This document shows positions 29,004 to 38,618 of a stretch of DNA of 64,000 bases, one piece after another (positions within the stretch are counted from its first letter, which is position 1; every line of letters begins with the position of its first letter). Below the pieces are notes generated by a model. That model was not told where the DNA came from and did not search any database. It saw only the letters and a program-made list of their open reading frames with translations. This DNA comes from Pseudomonadota bacterium (lineage in GTDB: Bacteria > Desulfobacterota > Binatia > Binatales > Binataceae): positions 190-64,189 of the forward strand of contig JAJPHZ010000007.1 in NCBI GenBank assembly GCA_021325025.1, given 5' to 3'. Both the position numbers and the translations under genes were made by a program.

Positions 29004-30293
29004 GTGAAGCGCAAAAAGATGATTCGAGGAGCAGTGCTGGCACTGACGCTGGCCTTTGGTCTGTTCCATCATGAACGTGCATGCGCGGCGCAAGCGGGTC
29101 TGAGCCTCTCACAACTGGTGACGATCGGGCTACAGGCCAATCCCCAGGTGCGTGCGGCGCGGGCCCGATGGTACGCCGCATCGCACAACATCCGGCAGAA
29201 CTATGCGCCCGCCGATCCGGTCTTTACATTTCTCAACGAGGACAGTCCGAATAATCCGTTTTTCGTCAAGCCGACCCTGCAGAGCTTCCAGGTAACCCAG
29301 GCCCTGCAGTTTCCGGGCAAGGGTTATCTGCAGGCGCAGTCTGCGTCGCGCACGGCGGAGATAGCGCGTCTGATATACGAGGCCGCCGTCCGCGACGTCC
29401 GCGCCCAGGTGGAAGCCGGTTACTACCAGCTCCTGCTGGATTCCGCGCTGATCGGCGTGGCGCAGGAAAATGTAGTCAACCTGCGCCAGGTGCTGAATGT
29501 GGCGCAGGTTGCGTATGCCGCAAACCGCGTGACACAGACCGATTTTGTCAACGCCGAATTCGCGCTGGCAGCGGCGCAGCAGACCCAACGCCAACTGGAA
29601 GTCGCCAGGTCCAACGACCGCACCGCACTGAACGCGCTGCTTTACCGCCGGCCCGATGAACCGCTGCAAGTGGCCGGCGCACTTGAGCTGTCGGGGATCA
29701 AAACCGGCCTGGATCAGTTGATCGAGCTCGCCCAGTCCTCGCGCCAGGAAATTCTGGAAGCCGCATTGACTGAGCGCAATTCACAAACCGCGCTGATCCT
29801 GGCCAAGCTGGAATATGCCCCCGATTACACGCTGGGCTATACATTCGACCATTACCTGCTGGCGAGCGCGGGCCCTGCTCCGACCTTCCTGCAGGACCAT
29901 ACGATTTCGATCGGACTCAACGTGCCGATTTTCTTCTGGCTCAGGCAACGCGAAGACAACGCGCGCGCAAGCTATGACCTTGAGGCAGCGCGCGAGGATC
30001 TCAATTCGGTGATCAATCAGACCGGCGCGCAGGTAACCACGCTCTACCGCCAGGCGCAATTTGCCTACGCGACGGCCAGGCTGTATCGCGATACGCTTAT
30101 ACCGCTGGCGCGCCAGGCGTTCGCGGTCGCGCTGGTTTCCTACACCAACGGCAAAATCGATTTCGTCACGTTAATCAATACGTTTCGCCAGCACAGCGAT
30201 GCCCGGGTCGCCTACCTGCAATCGGTCAACCAGGCATTGGCGCAGCGCATCGCGCTGGAACAGGCCGTGGGCCGGCCGCTGCCGCAGAAATAG
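29004..30293 (+). CDS. TolC-family outer membrane efflux protein
   Basis: Signal peptide, LSLSQLVTIGLQANPQV start of TolC repeat, duplicated coiled-coil/beta structure, roughly 430 aa. Confidence 0.7.
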   Translation: MKRKKMIRGAVLALTLAFGLFHHERACAAQAGLSLSQLVTIGLQANPQVRAARARWYAASHNIRQNYAPADPVFTFLNEDSPNNPFFVKPTLQSFQVTQALQFPGKGYLQAQSASRTAEIARLIYEAAVRDVRAQVEAGYYQLLLDSALIGVAQENVVNLRQVLNVAQVAYAANRVTQTDFVNAEFALAAAQQTQRQLEVARSNDRTALNALLYRRPDEPLQVAGALELSGIKTGLDQLIELAQSSRQEILEAALTERNSQTALILAKLEYAPDYTLGYTFDHYLLASAGPAPTFLQDHTISIGLNVPIFFWLRQREDNARASYDLEAAREDLNSVINQTGAQVTTLYRQAQFAYATARLYRDTLIPLARQAFAVALVSYTNGKIDFVTLINTFRQHSDARVAYLQSVNQALAQRIALEQAVGRPLPQK

Positions 30294-30315
30294 CAGGCGC
30301 CGTTTTCGGATTTCC

Positions 30316-31947
30316 TCAATAACCGGCGAATCCCATGTTGGTGGTTGCCTGTGCCTCGGGGTCGGTGCGGACGTTGACCAGCGCCGGACGCCGGGCCGCC
30401 AGCGCGCGCTGGATGGCGGGGCGGATGTCTTCGGGCTGCTCGACGAACTCGCCCCACCCGCCCAGCGCCTCGACCACCTTGTCGTAGCGCTGCCATCCCA
30501 GCTCGCGGCCCACGTTGCCGCCGGTCTTGCGCGAGGTGAAGCCAGCGTTATTGGAGACCACGACCACGATCGGCAGGTGATGGCGGATCGCGGTGTCCAT
30601 CTCCATCCCGTTCCATCCAAACGCGCCGTCGCCGCACAGCACGACCACCTGGCGGTCGGGGCGGCCCACCTGCGCCCCGATTCCGAACGGCACGCCGATC
30701 CCCATACATCCATGCGGGCCGGCGTTGAGGCTGGTGCCGGGTTGGTAGATGGGAATCGACTGCCGTGCGAAGTTCAGAATCTCGTGGCCGTCGACCACCA
30801 GGATGGTATCGCGAGTGATAATCTCGCGCAGTTCGCGGCACAGGCGCAGCGGATGAATCGGGACCTGGCTGGAATGCAGCAGCGGCGAGTCGCGCTCTTC
30901 GTTGGAGCGCTGCTTGGCCGATAGCTGCGCCACCCACGGCGTCTCCTCGCGCGGACGGAACTTGCCCGCCGCCTCCTGCACAAGCTGACTGAGCACCATT
31001 TTGGCGTCGCCGATGATTCCCACCGCGACGCCGCGATTGTGCCCGATCTCGCGCCCGTCGAGGTTGACGTTGATGAACCTGGCGGTGGGGGAAAAACGCG
31101 GCGGGCGCAGATGCGAGAGCATCGCATTGGCCCGCGCGCCGATCACCAGCACCACGTCGGCTTCGCGAAACGCCATCGAACGCGCCGCCGGAAAGGACAG
31201 CGGATGATCCTCGGGCACCACGCCGCGTCCCTGCGGGGTGGTGAAAAACGGAATGCCGGTGACCTCAACGAACTGGCGCAGCTCTTCGCTGGCGCCCGAC
31301 CACAGGATGCCGCTGCCGGTGAGGATCAGCGGGCGCTCGGCAGCCTGCAAAAGCTCGATCGCGCGGCGCACCAGCGCCGGGTCGCCGGCAGGCCGGCTGT
31401 CGACGCGATAGTGGTCGGGATAGTGCACGCGATTGGCATCCAGCTTGGTCATCAGGATGTCGCCGGGCAGGTCAAGGTACACCGGGCCCTTCTTGCCGTC
31501 CATCGCTTCGCGAAACGCAGTGCTTACATACTCGGGGATACGTTCGGCGATATCGACGCGGTAGGCGGCCTTCACCACCGGGCGCATCATCGCGAGCTGG
31601 TCCATCTCCTGGAAGGAATCCAGCAGCACGCCGCGCATCGGGGCCGAGCCGCCGATCGCCACGATTGGAGTGGCGTCAGCCCAGGCGTTGGCAAGTCCGG
31701 TGACCGCGTTGGCGGTGCCCGGACCCGAGGGCGTGATACAGATGCCCGGCTTGCCGGTGACGCGGGCATATGCGTGGGCTGCCATCGCGGCGGCCTGCTC
31801 GTGGCGTATGTAAATGCCGGTCATGCCCAGATCGATACAGGCGCCGGCCGTGCCGCTGGTCGGCCCGCCCATCATGAAGAAGAACGCATCGACGCCCTCG
31901 TTCTTGAAGCATCGCGCGATAACCTGTTCGCCGCGTATCGTTTCCAT
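30316..31947 (-). CDS. Thiamine-pyrophosphate-dependent enzyme (acetolactate synthase large-subunit-like)
   Basis: N-terminal Pyr domain GVDAFFFMMGG, central domain, C-terminal PP domain with GDGAFGWNGMEMDTAIRHHLPIVVVVSNN. Confidence 0.75.
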   Translation of the reverse strand: METIRGEQVIARCFKNEGVDAFFFMMGGPTSGTAGACIDLGMTGIYIRHEQAAAMAAHAYARVTGKPGICITPSGPGTANAVTGLANAWADATPIVAIGGSAPMRGVLLDSFQEMDQLAMMRPVVKAAYRVDIAERIPEYVSTAFREAMDGKKGPVYLDLPGDILMTKLDANRVHYPDHYRVDSRPAGDPALVRRAIELLQAAERPLILTGSGILWSGASEELRQFVEVTGIPFFTTPQGRGVVPEDHPLSFPAARSMAFREADVVLVIGARANAMLSHLRPPRFSPTARFINVNLDGREIGHNRGVAVGIIGDAKMVLSQLVQEAAGKFRPREETPWVAQLSAKQRSNEERDSPLLHSSQVPIHPLRLCRELREIITRDTILVVDGHEILNFARQSIPIYQPGTSLNAGPHGCMGIGVPFGIGAQVGRPDRQVVVLCGDGAFGWNGMEMDTAIRHHLPIVVVVSNNAGFTSRKTGGNVGRELGWQRYDKVVEALGGWGEFVEQPEDIRPAIQRALAARRPALVNVRTDPEAQATTNMGFAGY

Positions 31948-32118
31948 GGTCGTGGCACGCCTCCAAAGCGGTTGCGGACCTTGGTCAAATAGCCGGTTCG
32001 CCCCGGCCAGAGCAAGCCAATGGCATCTGTCCGCGCGGGCGGCACCCGAGGCCGCAGCCCGATCCGGCGCGCCGATCCGCGCGCTTGCCGTGCCGACGCC
32101 GGGGGCAGGGCCGCCGTT

Positions 32119-32853
32119 TTAACGGGGCTCGCGCTGGGGGCGGACGAAACTGCACTGCAGTTGCGCCGCCGCCGACGGATGCCACTTGCGTGCGCGGCGC
32201 TCCCGGCGCGAGCCGTGCGGGGCCCGCGCGCGCCTGCTTTCCAGCGCCTTGGAGCCGGTGACCTGCACCCACCCCTGCTGCGGGTCGAACTTCTGCGCGT
32301 AGCCGCCGCTGAGCACTTCGAAAGCGAAGTGGGAATAGCCCTTGAAATCGATATTGCCCTGCGCGTTGAGATGGGCGAACCAGGCCGGCGTGACGAAATC
32401 GGTTACCAGGATTCCATCGATCGAATAGGCGTACTGGTCGTCCTCCACCGGATCGCAGATCTCGGCGGCCCAGAACACGCCCTGCGGATCCTGGTAGGCG
32501 CCGTTGAGCCACGGGTCCACCGCCATCTCGCAGATTTCATGAGTTGCGCCCACACTGACGCTGGCGTTGTCGGCCTGGATGGTTTTCACGAACACTTTGG
32601 AGATCGGCAGACCCACGTTGGTCAGGTCGTGATAGGCAAGCGCGTTGGCCTGATCGCTGTCGTCCAGGAACACCACCCACCAGGTGCCGGCGTCGGGCGT
32701 GGTGCCTTTGGGTAGGAAGGTGAAAGCGGCGGCCTCCAGGCCCCAGATCGGTGCCAGGTCGCCGTTCCATTGCTTGTCGAAGGCCGGCAGCATGGCCGCA
32801 ACGTCAGCGTCGCCAATCACGGTTGACTCGTTGATCACTGCAATTTGAAGCAT
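32119..32853 (-). CDS. Hypothetical protein with Arg-rich low-complexity C-terminal tail
   Basis: ORF with W/D-rich globular part (roughly 200 aa), then RRARAPHGSRRERRARK tail lying in a GC-rich palindromic stretch. 3' end uncertain. Confidence 0.35.
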   Translation of the reverse strand: MLQIAVINESTVIGDADVAAMLPAFDKQWNGDLAPIWGLEAAAFTFLPKGTTPDAGTWWVVFLDDSDQANALAYHDLTNVGLPISKVFVKTIQADNASVSVGATHEICEMAVDPWLNGAYQDPQGVFWAAEICDPVEDDQYAYSIDGILVTDFVTPAWFAHLNAQGNIDFKGYSHFAFEVLSGGYAQKFDPQQGWVQVTGSKALESRRARAPHGSRRERRARKWHPSAAAQLQCSFVRPQREPR

Positions 32854-33026
32854 GTCTGGCGTCCTCCCCCGAATTGCACCGCGCCGACGAAGCGGCGGGA
32901 GCAGCTTTAACCCTACTCAGGACTGATCGGAATGACAGGATCCGACGCTACTGAAAGTAGCATCCGATGGCAATTATATGCCGATCCTGAATTCAGGCCC
33001 GCCGGGGCGAACTCCGCGCGACCAGC

Positions 33027-35075
33027 TTATCGCCCGTGCGCCAACAACGCGGAGAGTTCCTCGGCCAGGCCCGAGAAGCGCTGGATGCCGCGGCTGATGC
33101 CGATACGCAACAGTTCTTCGGATCCGGCGATCACCGCCGAGCGGCGGCTGCGCGTGACTGCCGTGTACAGCGCTTCGCGCGTCAGCAGCGGCAAGTCGCG
33201 CTCGGGCAGCACGACCGCGACCGCGTCGAACTCCGAGCCCTGCGCCTTGTGAATCGTGGTCGCGTAGCATAGTTCGATCGATTCGCGCAGTGCCGCGAGA
33301 TGGAACGCAACGAACCGGTCCTCGCGCCTGAACACCGCCATTGGCGCCGCGCGTCCGCCGGGCCGGCGGATGCGGACGATCACGCCCTGATCGCCGTTGA
33401 ACAGCATCCGCTCATAGTCGTTGCGCACCACGATGACGGGTTCGCCGGGCAGAAATTCCCGCTCAGAGGCGGCCGCGCCGGCGGCCTCTGAGCGCCGCCG
33501 ATGCAGCGCCGCATTGACACGCTCGGAGCCGGTGGAAAGGACACGCGTGAAGCACAAGATGCGCGAGGCGGCCAGGTGATCGAAAATCCGCCGCAACGCG
33601 GCTTGCGCCTTCGCGTCGAAGCCGTTTTCATCCTGCTCGACGTCCTGTGCGCACAGTTTCTCCACGTCGTCCGCCTTGATGCGCGCCGCATACCATCGGT
33701 TTAAAAATGCTTCCATAAGTCCGGTGCCGCCTAGAAACTCCACACCCGCAAACTGCAGTGCTTCCGGACCCTCACGCCGGACCATACCCTGGTCCGCGCC
33801 GCCCCGCGGCGCCGCCAGGTTTTGATCGGCCAGGTTGATCGCGCGCGCCACGGAGAAAACGGCGCGGCCGGCGGGATCGCCGGTATCCATCCGATAGCTG
33901 TGAGTCAGCCGCGTGCATAGACCCGGGTAGCGGCGGCGGTGCGCCTGCACCTGGGCGGCGCCCACCAGGTCGCGGAAGACCGCGCCCGCCGCAACCGACG
34001 GAAGCTGATCGGCGTCGCCGAGCAGGATCAACCGCGCATCGGGTTTCAACGCGCCCACCAGCCGCTCCATCAGGGAGAGATCGAGCATCGAGCCCTCATC
34101 CACGATCACGACGGCCGCCTCCAACGGGTTGTTGCGATGATAAGTGAAGCGCCCGCGGGTGGGCGAAAAGCCGAGCAGGCGATGGATTGTGCAGGGCTCA
34201 AGGCGAGCCTCCCTGAGCGCGCGGTCCGCCGCGGCGGGTGCCGCGATTCGCTCCAGGCCCTGGCCGATGCTCTCGCCCATGCGGAAGGCCGCCTTGCCGG
34301 TCGGTGCGGCCAGCGCGATCTGCCTGGGCGCGATTCCGATTCTGACCAGCATGCGCAAAATCGCCACGATAATCGACGTCTTGCCGGTGCCTGGTCCGCC
34401 GGAGATCAGCGCCAGAGCCTGCCCCGCGGCGTTGGCAACCGCGGCGCGCTGCTCGGCAGACAGCGCCACGGAGAGCATGCCCGGGCGCGCCGCCGTGTCG
34501 GCCAGCGCGGCCTCCAGCTTGCCGGTATCGGCTGGCTGTGGCTGCGCGATACGGTCAGCGAGCAGGCGCGCCAGCCGCACCTCCGCGCAGCGCACGCGAT
34601 GGTGATAAATGAAGGGGGGCAGGTAGATCAGCGGGCGATGGTCCTCGGGCGTGCGGCCGATGACGTGCGGGGCCAGGTCGGACTCGAGCAGGTGCGCGAT
34701 TGCCTGGAGCATGGCCTCCGCCGCGTCTGAGTCTGAGGAGTCGGCGCACAACGGCGCCAGCAGCCGGCGCATCGGCTCGCCCGACTCCTTGCCTGTAACC
34801 GGCAACCGGGTGCTGCCTTCCTGCAAGGCCGCAAGCGATGCGGTGACCAGCCCGATCAGCGCCAGGCGCTGCTCGTCGTCAAGGTCCGGCTCGAGGGAGG
34901 CGATTTCGGCCGCCAGGTGGACCGCCGGCGGATCGAGGTTGAGGTCGGCCGCGCCCGCTTCCATTCGGTGCAGGCGCCGCCTGAACTCCGCCTCGCGGCC
35001 CTGGGCGCCGTCGCCCATCTGATGGCGGAGCCAAATTGTCGCTATTCCCAACTGCCTGTAGCGCTGCTCGATCAT
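33027..35075 (-). CDS. recD: Exodeoxyribonuclease V alpha subunit
   Basis: Walker A ISGGPGTGKTS, VIVDEGSMLDL, ATTIHKAQGSEFD. Overlaps recB by 4 nt. Confidence 0.85.
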   Translation of the reverse strand: MIEQRYRQLGIATIWLRHQMGDGAQGREAEFRRRLHRMEAGAADLNLDPPAVHLAAEIASLEPDLDDEQRLALIGLVTASLAALQEGSTRLPVTGKESGEPMRRLLAPLCADSSDSDAAEAMLQAIAHLLESDLAPHVIGRTPEDHRPLIYLPPFIYHHRVRCAEVRLARLLADRIAQPQPADTGKLEAALADTAARPGMLSVALSAEQRAAVANAAGQALALISGGPGTGKTSIIVAILRMLVRIGIAPRQIALAAPTGKAAFRMGESIGQGLERIAAPAAADRALREARLEPCTIHRLLGFSPTRGRFTYHRNNPLEAAVVIVDEGSMLDLSLMERLVGALKPDARLILLGDADQLPSVAAGAVFRDLVGAAQVQAHRRRYPGLCTRLTHSYRMDTGDPAGRAVFSVARAINLADQNLAAPRGGADQGMVRREGPEALQFAGVEFLGGTGLMEAFLNRWYAARIKADDVEKLCAQDVEQDENGFDAKAQAALRRIFDHLAASRILCFTRVLSTGSERVNAALHRRRSEAAGAAASEREFLPGEPVIVVRNDYERMLFNGDQGVIVRIRRPGGRAAPMAVFRREDRFVAFHLAALRESIELCYATTIHKAQGSEFDAVAVVLPERDLPLLTREALYTAVTRSRRSAVIAGSEELLRIGISRGIQRFSGLAEELSALLAHGR

Positions 35076-38000
35076 CGCGCGGCCGCCTCGCTCTCCAAAC
35101 GCATCAGTGCGGCTTCGTAGGTGCAGACCTCCGTCCAGGCAGGGCGATGGAAATAGACGCCGGTGCGTCCGCCGCCGTCCATCCCGCGCAGGAAAATGTA
35201 CAGCAGTCCGCCAAACCGCCGGTAATCCTGCTCGCTGTTGATGTGCAGCAGGCGCAGCACGCCAATGGAATAGATGAGCGCCTGGGTCTGGTAGTGGTTT
35301 CTGACATGCGCCTCTATCGGCGCACGCTCATAGGAGGGAAGCTGGTCGCTTTTCCAGTCGGCGAAGTAGATCAACCCGTTGTGCTCAAACACGAAGTCCA
35401 CGAAGCCCTTGAGATAACCGCGCTCGACCGTCCATTTGCCGCCTGCCGACGAACCAAGCATCCGATGGCCCGCCTCGGGGATCGGATAGACGAATTCCAT
35501 CTCCCGCACGCTGCGGCATCGGTAAAGCGGACCGATGCGGTTGTGTTCCGAAATCACGATCGGAGCGGCGAGGGCGTTGAACACGATTTGGGTGCCGCGT
35601 TCGAACCACGCCTGCTGATCCCTGACCTGATTGCGGCGCATGGCGCCATAAAACAGCCCCTTGACGTCGTCGCGCTCGCGCCAGCACCCGAGGTCCGGCG
35701 CCGCCGCGAAGGAATCCATCGCCACCTTCTCGATCACCTCATGCAGGAACAGGCCGACGGCACGCCCGCCGGGAAGGTCCCGCTCGTCGGGCGGCATCTC
35801 AAGATCGCCCTTGAATTCCTCGACGGGAATGTTCCAGCCCGCCTCCTCCGCCCCCGATGCGCGCAGCGAAGTGTAGGAGCGCATTACGAGCGGGGTGCGC
35901 AGGCGCCTTAGATTCCACAACGCCGCCTCGTGCTCGGCGTCTTTGCGATCGTCCATCAGCGCCTGCGGCGGTCTCCATCGCAGGAGTCTGTCAGCGAGTT
36001 CAGCGTCGCCGGTGGTTACCTCCACAGGCTCGGCTACGTTGTGGATGGTAAACAGTTTGGACAGTTGCCCATCCTTCGCATCGTGCGCAACCGTCTGTAG
36101 GCGGTTGTTGAGCGCAGCGTAATAGCCGTTCAGCCTGTTGGTCGCGCCGTCGGGCAGCAGCGGCAGGTAAAGGCGCACCCGCGCCCGCGTCAACGCGACG
36201 TACAGCAGGCGGCGCTCCTCGTCTTCCTCCTCCGATTTCAACGCCTGCCTGGCGCGGTCCTTGGCCGCCTTTCCGATCGCAAAGCGGCGGTTGCCGTCTT
36301 CGTCATGATAGACGGCCAGCTTGCGAATATCGGGAATGCGGCCGAATCCGCCGAACAAGGCCACGACGTCGGCTTCCAGTCCCTTGCTCATGTGGACGGT
36401 AATCACGGAGACCGCGTCGCGTTCGCTCTCCAGGCGCTGGATGTTGGAATCCTCGAGCTCGGGCGCGGCCCGTTCGGAGATGTAGTCCTCGAGCAGCGCG
36501 ATGATTTCGGGCAGTGCCAGCCGGCGGCCCATTGCCGCCGCCAGCAGGATCTCGAAGATGTGCTCATAGTTGGTCAATCGCCGCTCGCTGCCCGACAAAA
36601 ACAGCTCGCGCGCCGCCACGCCACTGTCATGGAGCAGATGCTGGAACAGTTCGGCAAAGCGTTGACGTTCGGCGAGCGCCTTCCACTCGTACAGGCGTTC
36701 ATTGAGCGGATGGGCGGGCTGGATGTCGCCCAGCAGCGCCACTTCGCGCAGCGGCACGGCAAAAAACGGCGACAACCACGCCTTGAGGCGATGGGAGCGG
36801 ATGTGCGGCTGCGCAATCGCGCGCAGCACGTCGAGGACATGGCCGGCTTCGGAAGTTTGAAACAGCCCCTCCTGCTTGTAGAAAGCGAACGGCACCCGCG
36901 CCTCGCGCAGATACTCGCCGATCTCGGCGCTTTCCTGGCGGGTGCGGGTTAACACGAAGATACCTTTTGCGCCCACGAGCCGGGGCGGCGCGCCATCCTC
37001 TTCGATCGTGATGCGCTCGCCGGGCTCGTCCAGCAAGCGGCGCAATTCGCGGGCCAGATGGCGTCCGATGGCGCGACGGATTTCGGGAACCGACGCCTTT
37101 TGCAGGTCGGCTCTCTGGTAGCGCATCAGGATTACCGGTGTGATCGGCTTTGCGCCGGCGTCGATCGCCCGGCGATCGGGGCGCCCGCAGCGCACCGGCC
37201 GGTCATACCTTATCCGGCTGTTTTGGAACAGCGGATTGGCCGCGTTCGGATCGAAGATATGATTGCACGCCTTGATCAGGTCTTCGGTGGAGCGGAAGTT
37301 ATCGGCCAGTTCGACCGGCGGGTTGCCCCCCGTCAACTCGGCGCGCGCCTTCAGATAAGTAAAGACGTCGGCGCCGCGAAAGGCGTAGATGGCTTGTTTG
37401 GGATCGCCCACGACGTAAAGCCGCGCGCCGCCGCACTCGACAAACAGCCGGCGGAAGATCCGCCATTGCAAGTCGTCGGTGTCCTGGAATTCGTCGACCA
37501 GCGCGCAGCGGAAGCGAGCGCGCAACGCGGCAGCCAGCGCCGGACCGCCCGGGCCGTCGAGCGCCCGCCATACCCACGCCAGCATGTCGTCGTAATCGAT
37601 CAGTCCGTGCTCGCGTTTGTCGCGCTCCAGCCGATCCCTGATCGGCGGAAGAAAGGCGTCGACCACCCTCCATTCCGGCGACGTTGCCGCGACTGACACC
37701 TCGACCAGGGTCGACATCAGGCGGCCGGCCGCCCCGGAGAACTTCAGTTCCCTTTTGAGCCCGCGGTCGCCGCCAAACAACGCATCGAATTTGATCGATT
37801 CAAGCAGATCGAGCAGCCGCTCAGGCGACCCGCCGGACTCTTCGATGCTGCCTTGCACGTCGTCGACGAGCTTCAGCACGCGACGCAGCGGCTCGGGTCT
37901 GAGCGCTGAGTGCCGGCACGCTTCGCGCAGCGTCTGTGCGTTGAATCCCGCCAGTAAGCGCTCGGCGGTGCGCACCCGCTCGCCGAAGTCGCAGGAGTCC

Positions 38001-38602
38001 AGGTAGCGGTGCCGATAGGCCTCGAACAGCAGGTTTTCCAGGGTGTCGGCGGTGTCGCCCTTGTCCGTATCCGACCCCATCAGGCGCTTTTCCAGCAGCC
38101 GTTTCGGCGTCACGTTGACCGCCAGGTTGGTGCGCAATTCGGCGCGAAAGGCGCGATGGAACGCGGCGCGGCCGTCGGTCAGTTGCAGGTCGAGCAAGGC
38201 GCCGCTTTGAAAGGCGAAGTCGGTCAGGACGCGATGGCAGAAGCCGTGAATCGTGAATATCGGCGCACGGTCGAAAGAATAATAAGCATCTTCCAGCCGC
38301 CGACGGCCGCTTTCGTCGACCATAACGGGCTCGGAATCGGCGGCGGGCTTTGGAGCGGCGGGGCCGAACACAATCCGAGCCAGCGCCTGACGTATGCGCA
38401 CGCGCAACTCGGTGGTGGCTTTTTCGGTAAAGGTAACCACCAAGATCTGCTCGACGGTGCATTCTCCCGACAGCAGCAAGTCGATCACCAGGTGCTCGAT
38501 TGCGAAAGTCTTGCCGGTTCCGGCGCTGGCCTCTATAACCGCACAAGCGCTGTGCGCGATGCCGTTGAGTATCGAAGGGCGATAGAAAGTTGCCGTGCCC
38601 AT
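35072..38602 (-). CDS. recB: Exodeoxyribonuclease V beta subunit (UvrD-like helicase plus PD-(D/E)xK nuclease)
   Basis: VIEASAGTGKTFAI Walker A, 1176 aa, nuclease domain at C-terminus. Between recC and recD. Confidence 0.85.
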   Translation of the reverse strand: MGTATFYRPSILNGIAHSACAVIEASAGTGKTFAIEHLVIDLLLSGECTVEQILVVTFTEKATTELRVRIRQALARIVFGPAAPKPAADSEPVMVDESGRRRLEDAYYSFDRAPIFTIHGFCHRVLTDFAFQSGALLDLQLTDGRAAFHRAFRAELRTNLAVNVTPKRLLEKRLMGSDTDKGDTADTLENLLFEAYRHRYLDSCDFGERVRTAERLLAGFNAQTLREACRHSALRPEPLRRVLKLVDDVQGSIEESGGSPERLLDLLESIKFDALFGGDRGLKRELKFSGAAGRLMSTLVEVSVAATSPEWRVVDAFLPPIRDRLERDKREHGLIDYDDMLAWVWRALDGPGGPALAAALRARFRCALVDEFQDTDDLQWRIFRRLFVECGGARLYVVGDPKQAIYAFRGADVFTYLKARAELTGGNPPVELADNFRSTEDLIKACNHIFDPNAANPLFQNSRIRYDRPVRCGRPDRRAIDAGAKPITPVILMRYQRADLQKASVPEIRRAIGRHLARELRRLLDEPGERITIEEDGAPPRLVGAKGIFVLTRTRQESAEIGEYLREARVPFAFYKQEGLFQTSEAGHVLDVLRAIAQPHIRSHRLKAWLSPFFAVPLREVALLGDIQPAHPLNERLYEWKALAERQRFAELFQHLLHDSGVAARELFLSGSERRLTNYEHIFEILLAAAMGRRLALPEIIALLEDYISERAAPELEDSNIQRLESERDAVSVITVHMSKGLEADVVALFGGFGRIPDIRKLAVYHDEDGNRRFAIGKAAKDRARQALKSEEEDEERRLLYVALTRARVRLYLPLLPDGATNRLNGYYAALNNRLQTVAHDAKDGQLSKLFTIHNVAEPVEVTTGDAELADRLLRWRPPQALMDDRKDAEHEAALWNLRRLRTPLVMRSYTSLRASGAEEAGWNIPVEEFKGDLEMPPDERDLPGGRAVGLFLHEVIEKVAMDSFAAAPDLGCWRERDDVKGLFYGAMRRNQVRDQQAWFERGTQIVFNALAAPIVISEHNRIGPLYRCRSVREMEFVYPIPEAGHRMLGSSAGGKWTVERGYLKGFVDFVFEHNGLIYFADWKSDQLPSYERAPIEAHVRNHYQTQALIYSIGVLRLLHINSEQDYRRFGGLLYIFLRGMDGGGRTGVYFHRPAWTEVCTYEAALMRLESEAAAR

Positions 38603-38618
38603 CGCGCAGCCTCTCGCC